Assembly: GCA_963828125.1 (NCBI GenBank)
Contig: CAWHDP010000002.1
Span: 768,539-832,538 of the forward strand
DNA: 64,000 nt
Direction: 5' to 3'
DNA from: an uncultured Chlamydiae bacterium
GTDB lineage: Bacteria; Chlamydiota; Chlamydiia; Chlamydiales; SM23-39
Shown here: piece after piece, positions 26,683 to 34,969 of the stretch
How positions within the stretch are numbered: position 1 is the first letter of the stretch
How the letters are laid out: each line of letters begins with the position of its first letter
Program-made: the position numbers and the translations under genes
Notes under the pieces: generated by a model
What the model saw: the letters and a program-made list of their open reading frames with translations, nothing else
What the model was told of the DNA's origin: nothing
Database searches by the model: none

Positions 26683-26830
26683 ATGAAAAATGGGGATTTT
26701 ACTATTGTCGGTACTTATGGAAAATTCTATCCTTATTTTATGCGGAGGAGATAAAGGATCTCAGGGGCGTGATATCAAAAAAGCCAAAGAATATTGGCAG
26801 CTGTATAAGAATTCGCTCAAAAAGAAGTAG
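26683..26830 (+). pseudogene. Decayed RelE/ParE-superfamily 'addiction module killer' toxin (C-terminal part, frameshifted)
   Basis: The frame ending at TAG 26828-26830 reads MENSILILCGGDKGSQGRDIKKAKEYWQLYKN.., matching the conserved (V)ILLCGGDKSTQ..DI..A C-terminus of this toxin family. An upstream piece, MKNGDFTIVGTYGKF, is in another frame, and the N-terminal ~35 aa are missing. Confidence 0.55.
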
Positions 26831-26835
26831 GAAAT

Positions 26836-27153
26836 ATGGTGAAGGCAAAAAATTACAAAGAACATTTACTGAAACAGCTCCAGAAGCCTGAAGAGGCAGC
26901 AGCCTATCTGAACGCCGCTCTTCATGACGACGACCCACATGTGTTCTTGTTAGCCTTGCGCGATATTGCTGAGGCAAGAGGCGGTATGAGCTGGCTCGCT
27001 GATGAATCTGATTTGAATAGGGAAAGTCTGTATAGAACCCTTTCTTTAAGAGGCAATCCTCGCTTTTTCAATCTCCTTGCTGTGTTGGACGCAATTGGAT
27101 TGGAAATGACTATCCGCAGCAGACCCAATAATAAACGCTCTCGAACTTCCTAA
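26836..27153 (+). CDS. Addiction-module antidote protein (HigA-like/HTH, the family usually paired with the killer protein above)
   Basis: KNYKEHLLKQLQKPEEAAAYLNAAL.DDDP..FLLALRDIAEARGGMS.LA....LNRESLYRTLS..GNP.F..L..VL.A.GL matches the family almost motif for motif. Confidence 0.75.
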   Translation: MVKAKNYKEHLLKQLQKPEEAAAYLNAALHDDDPHVFLLALRDIAEARGGMSWLADESDLNRESLYRTLSLRGNPRFFNLLAVLDAIGLEMTIRSRPNNKRSRTS

Positions 27154-27217
27154 AAAGACCATTAATCACCAAACCAACCTTGAAGAACCTGAAGGCTGGG
27201 GTGTGACAAACTTTTGC

Positions 27218-27481
27218 TATACTGCGGCCACCCCAAAAGTATAATGGTGAAAATAAAGAAAAAACAATCCCAGCGGCAGAAGCTGCCGCAAACAAGGAGG
27301 CTGCTGAATTTCTTATTTCATCCAAAGATATCAATAATTTTATCTCCGAGACAAAACCATATTACTCTGAAAAATATCGATGAGAGAAAGGTGGGGAAAA
27401 CTGGCAGGGAACTTAAAAGAAACCGCCGTATGCGGCTTTCACGCTTGCCCAAATTCACACTTTTGGGGTGGCCGCAGTATA
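27218..27481. repeat. MITE-like unit: 21-bp terminal inverted repeats identical to the 18.5-kb palindrome arms, enclosing 222 nt
   Basis: tatactgcggccaccccaaaa (27218-27238) and ttttggggtggccgcagtata (27461-27481). The loop-like sequence cccaaattcacac (27448-27460) precedes the right arm. An internal small hairpin gcggcag-aa-gctgccgc is present. Confidence 0.7.
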
Positions 27482-27536
27482 GTTATGTTGAGAATCCGGT
27501 CACGGTCTCGAAAAATGTACAAAGTCGAGAAGAAGA

Positions 27537-29096
27537 TTGAAAAAAAACTTTCAATACAATACACTCCGGCGGATGAAACCACCCCAAGCCTTCACAGATC
27601 TTCGGGAACTCTCCACAGAGATCCACCACTTCAATGCCATTCTCGCCCTTTTGCATTGGGATCAGGAGACCTACATGCCCTCCGGAGGCATTACCCCCCG
27701 CAGCGCACAAATCTCCTATCTCTCCGCTCATCTGCATGAAAAAAGGACGAGCCGCAAGTTCAAAGATCTGCTCGAAAAATTGGTTAGTTTATCCACAGGC
27801 AAACTGAAAGCGAAGGGACTCTCGAAAAGTCAACAGATTATGGTCCGCGAGTGGCGCAAAGATTTTCTCCGGATGGACAAACTCCCTGCCTCTTTTGTGA
27901 AAAATTTTTCTCAAGTCACATCCGAGGCGAGCCAAATTTGGTCTTCTGCAAAAAAGGATAATAACTTCAAAGTCTTCGCCCCTTTTTTAGACAAAATCAT
28001 CGGCCTCTGCCGCCAAAAAGCCGAAATCTGGGGCTTCGAGGATCACCCTTATGACGCCCTTCTCGAAAGTTATGAGCCTTGCATGACCACGCGGAAAGTA
28101 GGAGCGGTTTTTGAGGGGCTCCAGAAAGAGCTCGTTGGACTCCTCAAAAAAATCACAGCCTGCCGCCAAATCGACAGCCGATTCCTCCACAAAAAAGTAG
28201 ATGAAACCAAGCAAATAGAGATCGCCCATGCCCTTCTCTCCCGCCTGCCGCTCGATAAAGCCTATAGTCGACTCGATCTATCCTCCCATCCCTTCTCTAT
28301 GGCCCTTCATCCCCACGACAGCCGCATCACCACCCGCATCCTACCCAACAATTTGATGAGCAATCTTTTTTCAGTATTGCATGAGGCAGGCCACTCCCTA
28401 TACGAAATGGATCTCCCCATTGACACATGGGGAACTCCTCTATCGGAACCGGTCTCTCTCAGCGTCCATGAGAGCCAGTCCCGTTGGTGGGAGACCCTCA
28501 TCGGCCGCAGCCTCCCTTTTTGGGAAAAATTCTATCCCCTCCTCCAAAAAGGGGCGCCCCAACTATTTAAAGGGATCCCATTGGAACGGTTTTACCGAAC
28601 AGTCAATAAAGTCGAGCCGAGCTTCATTCGGGTCGAAGCCGATGAAGTGACCTACGGTCTTCATGTCATTCTCCGTTTCGAAATTGAAAAAGAACTCATC
28701 TCTGGCAAGCTCAATGTCCACGATCTCCCCGAAGCGTGGAACGCTAAAATGAAAGAGACGCTCGGGGTTATTCCGCCAAATGACGCTCAAGGATGTCTTC
28801 AAGACATCCACTGGTCGCTCGGCGATTTTGGTTACTTTCCCACCTATGCGCTCGGCAACCTCCTCGCCGCTCAATTTTTTACCGCCTTTGCAAAAGAGCA
28901 TCCCGACTGGGAAGAAAAAATCAGCAGCGGCAATCTCGGATTCATCCGGGAATGGCTAAAACAAAATGTCCATCGGTGGGGCCGCACGTATGATATGGAG
29001 GAATTGGCTAAAAGGGTCAGTGGAAAACCCTTCAGCGAAAACGCCTATTGCGCCTATTTAAAGAAAAAATATGCCGAAATTTACAAATTCCGGTGA
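27537..29096 (+). CDS. Carboxypeptidase Taq-type metallopeptidase (family M32)
   Basis: HEAGHSLYE zinc site, HESQSRWWE, IRVEADEVTY.LH, DIHW..G.FGYFPTY.LG. All are hallmark M32 motifs. Confidence 0.9.
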   Translation: MKKNFQYNTLRRMKPPQAFTDLRELSTEIHHFNAILALLHWDQETYMPSGGITPRSAQISYLSAHLHEKRTSRKFKDLLEKLVSLSTGKLKAKGLSKSQQIMVREWRKDFLRMDKLPASFVKNFSQVTSEASQIWSSAKKDNNFKVFAPFLDKIIGLCRQKAEIWGFEDHPYDALLESYEPCMTTRKVGAVFEGLQKELVGLLKKITACRQIDSRFLHKKVDETKQIEIAHALLSRLPLDKAYSRLDLSSHPFSMALHPHDSRITTRILPNNLMSNLFSVLHEAGHSLYEMDLPIDTWGTPLSEPVSLSVHESQSRWWETLIGRSLPFWEKFYPLLQKGAPQLFKGIPLERFYRTVNKVEPSFIRVEADEVTYGLHVILRFEIEKELISGKLNVHDLPEAWNAKMKETLGVIPPNDAQGCLQDIHWSLGDFGYFPTYALGNLLAAQFFTAFAKEHPDWEEKISSGNLGFIREWLKQNVHRWGRTYDMEELAKRVSGKPFSENAYCAYLKKKYAEIYKFR

Positions 29097-29551
29097 TTGA
29101 GGCGGTAGTGACGCCTTTTTTCGGCAGCTGTAAACCGCCGCAGCTGCTCCTCTGTCTCCGGAATGGCGGGCAGTATCTCTGTCGGCTTTAATTCATCATC
29201 CATAGCGACAAACGTAAAATAGGCGGAGAGAATGTCTTTTTGCTCCAAGGTACGAAAATCCTCCGCAATCACTTTAACACCGATCTCCATAGAAGTGCGC
29301 CAAGTTCTATTGACCGACGCTTTACAAACAAGAATATCGCCATGGCGAGCCGGATTCAAAAAACGGACTGAATCAATTCCTAAAGTAACACAAACTCTCC
29401 CAGTATGCCGCTTGGCAACAATCGCCGCCAGACTGTCGACCACTTGCATCAACCTTCCCCCAAATAAAGTTCCATGCGCATTTAAGTCATTGGGGAATAC
29501 CTCAATCACTTGATCGATGATGACGGATGCAGATACCGGTTTGCCTTCCAT
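29081..29551 (-). CDS. Acyl-CoA thioesterase (hotdog fold, YciA/Acot-like)
   Basis: NAHGTLFGGRLMQVVD......A.RH......VT..IDSVRF..P...GD is typical of acyl-CoA hydrolases. Confidence 0.8.
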   Translation of the reverse strand: MEGKPVSASVIIDQVIEVFPNDLNAHGTLFGGRLMQVVDSLAAIVAKRHTGRVCVTLGIDSVRFLNPARHGDILVCKASVNRTWRTSMEIGVKVIAEDFRTLEQKDILSAYFTFVAMDDELKPTEILPAIPETEEQLRRFTAAEKRRHYRLNHRNL

Positions 29552-29762
29552 GGGGATCCTTTATCACTGGCCAACGTCCAGTATAACCCCCATATCAGGA
29601 ATGGGAATTAAAAGAAACGGGCTACCCAATTAAAGAAACCGCTGACCTCATTATTCAAACACGGCCCTGTCGTATTGAGACCCATCGGAGCGCTCCCCTG
29701 AAGTGGTATTCAATCCACTTAAATAACTTCTCCCCAGCTCACCATGAGTTATCGATAAAAAT

Positions 29763-29805
29763 AAAAAAAAGAACCCCTCGAATGAATTAAGGGGTTCTAA
29801 AAAAA
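29763..29805 (-). terminator. Rho-independent (bidirectional) terminator downstream of rpsI
   Basis: The stem agaacccct/aggggttct (29770-29778, 29790-29798) is flanked by an A8 run and an A7 run, which give U-tracts on either strand. Confidence 0.8.
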
Positions 29806-29821
29806 TACATGATAGGAACGC

Positions 29822-30217
29822 TTAACGTTTAGAGAACTGGAACCGTTTCCGGGCACCTTTGCGACCGTACTTCTTCCGCTCTTTTTTCCGGGGATCGCGG
29901 GTCAAAAATCCAAGCCCTTTGAGATCGCCGCGGATCGCGTCGTCTTCTTGAACAAGGGCGCGACTGATCCCGAGCCGTGTCGCAACGGCTTGAGCTTCAA
30001 GTCCGCCCCCTTTGACTCGAATGATTAAGTCGACTTTTTCTCCGTTGGAAAATTTTTGAATCGGGGCCATAATTAGGTCGCGCTGGAGGGGAAGGGGGAA
30101 GTATTCCTCAAATTTGCGCCCATTTACATTGATAGCGCCAGAGCCTCTTCTAAGACGAACTGAGGAAACTGCGGTTTTTCTGCGGCCGATGCCGATGGTC
30201 TCTTCTTGCTTTGCCAT
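29822..30217 (-). CDS. rpsI: 30S ribosomal protein S9
   Basis: 131 aa with the canonical C-terminus ...[22 protein letters not shown]. Confidence 0.95.
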   Translation of the reverse strand: MAKQEETIGIGRRKTAVSSVRLRRGSGAINVNGRKFEEYFPLPLQRDLIMAPIQKFSNGEKVDLIIRVKGGGLEAQAVATRLGISRALVQEDDAIRGDLKGLGFLTRDPRKKERKKYGRKGARKRFQFSKR

Positions 30218-30226
30218 ACGCTTCCT

Positions 30227-30673
30227 TTAAATGGTTACTGGGATAGGTTGTTGTGCTTGCATATCGTGATCCGTCCCCTTGAAAATGCGGAGTTTCTTGA
30301 CTTGTTGACCGCCGAGACGGGTCTTTGGCATCATCCCTTTGATCGCGTGCATCAATACGTACTCAGGTTTCCGCGCAATCATCGTGTCATAGGGAACCTC
30401 TCTTAAGCCGCCGATGTACCCTGTGTAACTCTTGTAGATTTTTCGCGCTTTTTTCATCCCTGTTACGGCAATTTTCTCCGCATTGATGATGACGACGCCA
30501 TCGCCGCAATCGACGTAAGGGGTAAAATCAGGGCGGTGTTTGCCGCGGAGGATTTTGGCCACTTCAGCAGCAAACCTGCCGAGAGTTTTTCCTGTTGCGT
30601 CGAAGAGATACCACTTGCGGGTATCGATTGCCTCTTTCTTCGTGAGGAGGGGGGTCTTTTGCTTATGGTTCAT
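30227..30673 (-). CDS. rplM: 50S ribosomal protein L13
   Basis: WYLFDA.GK.LGR.A..VA..LRGKH...FTP..D.GD.V...NA.K.. Confidence 0.95.
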   Translation of the reverse strand: MNHKQKTPLLTKKEAIDTRKWYLFDATGKTLGRFAAEVAKILRGKHRPDFTPYVDCGDGVVIINAEKIAVTGMKKARKIYKSYTGYIGGLREVPYDTMIARKPEYVLMHAIKGMMPKTRLGGQQVKKLRIFKGTDHDMQAQQPIPVTI

Positions 30674-30789
30674 TTTCTTCGGAATCCTAAATACAAATTG
30701 AAAACAGTATCATACCTTTGCCGCGAATTTTTTGCCAAGATGATTTTTTCTTTGGAAAAGTAGCCTCCCGTCCGTTATCATCGGAGGCT

Positions 30790-32112
30790 ATGAATGAGCC
30801 AAAGACATATTTTATTCGCACTTATGGCTGCCAGATGAACGAGCTCGACACAGAGATCATGGCTGGGCAGCTGAAAAAGAGGGGGCTGATCCCTGTCGAA
30901 GACGAGGAGGGGGCCGACCTCCTTATTTTCAACACCTGTTCGATCCGTGATCTGGCCGAGCGGAAGGTGATGGGCAAGCTGGGCCGGATGGGCCGGGGCC
31001 ATAAAAAAAACGGTGTGATCGGGGTCACCGGCTGCATGGCCATGGCCAAAAAAGACTCCCTTTTCCGCAAGTTTCCCCATCTCGATTTTGTCGTTGGGAC
31101 CAATAATATCACGGATCTCGGCACCGTCCTCGACGAGGTTTTATACACTAAACGGCAGGTCTTCAAGACCGACGACCGGTTCGAGGAAAATTTAGATTAT
31201 CTAGCGGCGGAGAGGGACAATAAAATAAAGGCTTTCGTCTCGATCATCCGCGGGTGCGACAAATTTTGCACCTACTGCGTGGTCCCCTATACAAGGGGGC
31301 AGGAGGTCTCCCGTCCGCCGGAAAGCATCGTCGAAGAGTGTAAAAAACTCGTTGATGCCGGATACAAAGAGATCACTCTCCTTGGCCAGAACGTAAATAG
31401 CTATGGCAAGGACAAGCCCGAATGGAACTGTCTCTTCCACGATCTCCTCTACCAGCTCGATCAGATTCCTGGGATGGAGCGGGTCCGCTTTATGACCTCC
31501 CATCCCATCGACATCACAAGGGAGTTGATGGAGGCGATCCGCGATCTCCCCTCGCTCTGCGAGTTCGTCCACTTCCCCATCCAAGCCGGATCGAGCCGGA
31601 TCTTAAAGAAGATGCACCGGATCTATACTAAGGAGCAATATCTAGAAAAAGTGGCGCTCTTGCGGGAAATTGTTCCGAATGTCTCTTTAGGAACGGACGT
31701 CATTGTCGGCTTCCCGACAGAGACCGAGGAGGAGTTCCAAGAGACCTATGACGTCTTAAAACAGATCCGTTATTCTCTCGCCTTTGTCTTCGCCTACAGT
31801 CCTCGCAAAGGGACCCCCGCGATGCGCTGGAAAGACGACATTCCCGAAGAGCTAAAGCAAGAGAGGCTCCAGCGGCTCATGGATCTGCAAGATGAGATCA
31901 GCAATGAGGAGCGGGGCCAAATGCTAGGCGGCGTCTATCAGGTTCTCGTCGAACGGTTCAATAAAGACGGCCGGATGCTCAAAGGGCGCACCCGCTGCTG
32001 GAAGAAGGTGATCTTTGAGGGAGACGAGAGTCTGATTGGCACGCTGCAGCCTATTAGAGTCCACAGTTACAGCCATCAAACCCTCATCGGCGAACTCGTA
32101 AACTCGGGCTAG
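30790..32112 (+). CDS. miaB: tRNA-2-methylthio-N6-dimethylallyladenosine synthase MiaB (radical SAM methylthiotransferase)
   Basis: Start MNEPKTYFIRTYGCQMNE at 30790 after GGAGG. Radical SAM CDKFCTYCVVPYTRG. TRAM-like C-terminus. Confidence 0.88.
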   Translation: MNEPKTYFIRTYGCQMNELDTEIMAGQLKKRGLIPVEDEEGADLLIFNTCSIRDLAERKVMGKLGRMGRGHKKNGVIGVTGCMAMAKKDSLFRKFPHLDFVVGTNNITDLGTVLDEVLYTKRQVFKTDDRFEENLDYLAAERDNKIKAFVSIIRGCDKFCTYCVVPYTRGQEVSRPPESIVEECKKLVDAGYKEITLLGQNVNSYGKDKPEWNCLFHDLLYQLDQIPGMERVRFMTSHPIDITRELMEAIRDLPSLCEFVHFPIQAGSSRILKKMHRIYTKEQYLEKVALLREIVPNVSLGTDVIVGFPTETEEEFQETYDVLKQIRYSLAFVFAYSPRKGTPAMRWKDDIPEELKQERLQRLMDLQDEISNEERGQMLGGVYQVLVERFNKDGRMLKGRTRCWKKVIFEGDESLIGTLQPIRVHSYSHQTLIGELVNSG

Positions 32113-33104
32113 CCCCCGAGTTCTTGCAATGTGTTCCGATTAGCTGCCAACCGCTCGGCGGGCGTTGGGTGGCTATAAAACCAGCTAGCCAGCCAATCGA
32201 GCCAACCGTTTCCGGTGCTGTGGCTGTGCTTCCGTTCGAAATAGCTCATCAGCCAAACCGCTGCCTTTAGATCTATACAAGCCCTCGCCATCAAATGCAT
32301 CCCGTATTTATCTGCCTCCAACTCATGGCTCCGGCTGCCGCAAAGACCGACGCCAGCAATCAACCAATCGCCTATGGGGTTCAACCAAGCCAAAGAATTC
32401 CGGATCGCCTCTTCGCGCCTTAGATGAGCCTTTGCCGAGGCTATCCGGTTGTTTCCGGCTCTTTGAATCTCTTCGTCGTACGCCCTACCGATAAAAAGGT
32501 AGACAAAGGCATATTTTATAGTCTGCAGCACCGTAAATAAGAAGAGTTGCAACTCGATTTTTCTTCCGCCGTGACGGGCAGCTGCGTGAGTGATTTCATG
32601 ACTTAAGACGGCCGCCACCTTCTCTCTGAAATGGATAGAGCCGCTCTCAGCCTTTTGTATGTTCCGCATCAATCCAAGATTCACGCCAATTTTACCCCCG
32701 GGAAGACACCAAGCGTTATCCTGAGGGGAGTTGATCAGCTTAAACTCAAATTCGAGGTCTTTCCGAGGACACGCTGCTACAAGATCTGCGCCCACTTCGC
32801 GAAGGGTTCTCACATAAAATGCATACTTTGAGTTGTCTTCAAGGATCTCCCCTCCAGATGCGGCGACCAAAGATGAATAAGCCGATGTTCCGATGAACTT
32901 CTCAACAAAGCTCGGAATGATATGAAATTCTCTTTGCCCCGTCACCACATTGATTGGCCTGATCCAATCATACAGCGTAGTGAATGGGGCAAAGATGAAT
33001 TGAACCACATTTGACACAGCCGATGCGAGCTGCTCGCAATAGGTAGGCTCCAATGTGAATTGAGAAGCAGAGGAAGGCTTACTGTTTGAAAATAATGGGG
33101 TCAT
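32109..33104 (-). CDS. M48-family (Ste24/HtpX-like) zinc metallopeptidase
   Basis: HEITHAAARH (HExxH) plus the downstream ELEADKYG glutamate motif. Confidence 0.7.
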   Translation of the reverse strand: MTPLFSNSKPSSASQFTLEPTYCEQLASAVSNVVQFIFAPFTTLYDWIRPINVVTGQREFHIIPSFVEKFIGTSAYSSLVAASGGEILEDNSKYAFYVRTLREVGADLVAACPRKDLEFEFKLINSPQDNAWCLPGGKIGVNLGLMRNIQKAESGSIHFREKVAAVLSHEITHAAARHGGRKIELQLFLFTVLQTIKYAFVYLFIGRAYDEEIQRAGNNRIASAKAHLRREEAIRNSLAWLNPIGDWLIAGVGLCGSRSHELEADKYGMHLMARACIDLKAAVWLMSYFERKHSHSTGNGWLDWLASWFYSHPTPAERLAANRNTLQELGG

Positions 33105-33244
33105 AGTTCTCCTACAAGTTTGGTAAACGAGCCATGATCGTACACCTACCCCTCAAAAGTTGTAAAGAAAATATTTTCATTTGGTCATAAAATTTATTTC
33201 ACTTCATTTATAACACCAAATCGCATAAAATATTTGAACGGCTT

Positions 33245-34144
33245 ATGGATTCGCACCTTCTCTCTAATATTACAAAAGATTTTTTAAATCTCGATCCGGA
33301 ATTCATTCCGCCGAGAGAGCGCTACCGGATGGGCTGGGGCGGCTCGGTGTTGGTCTCTCACCAGAAGGCTCTTCCAGGGACGAGAGAACGAAAACCGGCT
33401 GTAGCCCGCCTCCTCGCCCTCAGAGAGCGGTTTGCGAACCTTTTCAGCCTGTCAGAACCGCCTCCCTCGATCCCATTATCGACCTCTCCAAAACTCTCGC
33501 TGCCCAAAGCCCCTCCTCCGGCCACTTTTCGCCCTGCCTGGTATTTTTCAAGGGGGGCCCTTGAAAACGACCGGCGAAAAAATCCAGAGCCGATCCCCTA
33601 TCTTTTGACCGAAACCAATGAGACAGCCCTCGCGCAGCCCGTGCCGGGCAATTCGATGTTATTCCGCTCTCTTTGCCGGGGGAATGGGGCCTTGCGCCGC
33701 AATAAGCAGGGTCTCGTCTATTTGGACGTCGATAATCAATTTATCTCGATGATGTTCCCCTATTTGAAAAAAGTTGGCCTTGTCCGCCCTCCTTATTTTA
33801 ATTTGTTCGATGCTCCAGAGGGGGCGCACATTCCGGTGATTTCGGCGCGCGAGGCCTCTTTTCAATATCTCGACGAGGTAAGAGAGTTAGGAGCGTCATT
33901 TTCCTTTGAAATCGAAGGGCTCTATTCGATGGAACCGGTCTCTTGGCCGGAGGTAGAACAAGTGTGGTTTTTTAAAGTCCGCTCGTCTGAACTGGAGGCG
34001 TTTCGCCGAAAATATTTTCTCCCTGCCCATCCTGGCGGACACCCTTTCCACATTGCTGTGGCTGTCAAACCGCGTGTCACAGCAGGAGAACCGCCGCGCC
34101 CTATGCCGCTCATGCGGATCAATATCGCCTTTTTAGCCGCTTGA
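33245..34144 (+). CDS. Hypothetical protein with proline-rich linker
   Basis: ORF track. PPPSIPLSTSPKLSLPKAPPPATF linker. The C-terminal ~150 aa contain two H-I-x-V segments (HIPVIS, HIAVAV). No secure family call. Confidence 0.5.
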   Translation: MDSHLLSNITKDFLNLDPEFIPPRERYRMGWGGSVLVSHQKALPGTRERKPAVARLLALRERFANLFSLSEPPPSIPLSTSPKLSLPKAPPPATFRPAWYFSRGALENDRRKNPEPIPYLLTETNETALAQPVPGNSMLFRSLCRGNGALRRNKQGLVYLDVDNQFISMMFPYLKKVGLVRPPYFNLFDAPEGAHIPVISAREASFQYLDEVRELGASFSFEIEGLYSMEPVSWPEVEQVWFFKVRSSELEAFRRKYFLPAHPGGHPFHIAVAVKPRVTAGEPPRPMPLMRINIAFLAA

Positions 34145-34177
34145 TTTAATCTGAACGGTCTATAATAATTCATTGCC

Positions 34178-34969
34178 ATGACCGTCGCTGCCGCTCAAAG
34201 CGTATCTCTGCCAGTTTCTCTTCAAATAGAGCCTAGTCCCAACAGTGTGATTCTGAAAGTGGCGCTGCCATGTTTAAAAGAGCTTGCGGTCGCTCTGTGC
34301 ATAGGCCTTGCGGTCTCATTCTTCGTAGCGCCTGCCGAAGCCCCCATACTCATCGTCGCAGCCGTGATTCAACTCATCGCAAACGCTTTTTTCCGCTTCG
34401 TCCAAGCCTTTGCCTTGCCGAAAACGCCGTTTGAATGGATCGGATCCCTCTCCGAGTGGATGACAGGGCTTAATTTCGCCGTTTTGACCGGTTACAATGC
34501 GCAACATTTAATCCATGAGTCGGGGCACGCTATGGCCTCCATGCTGATGTACAAAAAGGCTCAGCCCTGGATCCAAATCTACCCCTTTACGGGCGGACTG
34601 ACTGAATTTAGCAAAACGGGCCTCACCGCTTTAGGGAAAAAGTTGGGATCCTCCGCTGTGACTTGTCTCATGGTCGCCTCCGGGCCTGGATTGACTCTTC
34701 TCCTCTCTGCGATCCTTTTATCGATCGGACTCTCGATCAAAGAACAATATCCGCAACTGGGAAAAACTCTGATTAGCTGGGCGCTCATCGATTTTTTAGG
34801 CCATGCCCATTACGCCTATTCGGCATTAAAGGCAGATCCTTGGAACTTATCGCACGATTTCGTCCATCTTTCGATCTTTGGACTCCATCCAATGACAGCC
34901 ACGATCGGCATCATTGCGATACCGATCGTGATCCTGTTGGGACACGTTAAAAATCGAATTGGGTTTTAA
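34178..34969 (+). CDS. Membrane-embedded HExxH protein, peptidase M50B-like
   Basis: Multi-TM protein. LIHESGHAMASML....PWIQIYPFTGGLTEF resembles the M50B signature HE.GHA.......G....I....G.G.T. Confidence 0.6.
   Translation: MTVAAAQSVSLPVSLQIEPSPNSVILKVALPCLKELAVALCIGLAVSFFVAPAEAPILIVAAVIQLIANAFFRFVQAFALPKTPFEWIGSLSEWMTGLNFAVLTGYNAQHLIHESGHAMASMLMYKKAQPWIQIYPFTGGLTEFSKTGLTALGKKLGSSAVTCLMVASGPGLTLLLSAILLSIGLSIKEQYPQLGKTLISWALIDFLGHAHYAYSALKADPWNLSHDFVHLSIFGLHPMTATIGIIAIPIVILLGHVKNRIGF

Noticed and set aside
27214-27540. 108-aa ORF spanning the whole MITE-like element (and 27110-27334 on the minus strand)
   Set aside because: It starts inside one inverted-repeat arm and reads through the other. 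Its sequence is basic and low-complexity, so it is more likely non-coding repeat DNA.
33245-34144. Possible 2H-phosphoesterase (two HxT/S motifs) in the C-terminal half of the 299-aa protein
   Set aside because: The two candidate motifs are HIPV and HIAV and lack the Thr/Ser of the 2H signature. The spacing alone is insufficient, so I left it as hypothetical.
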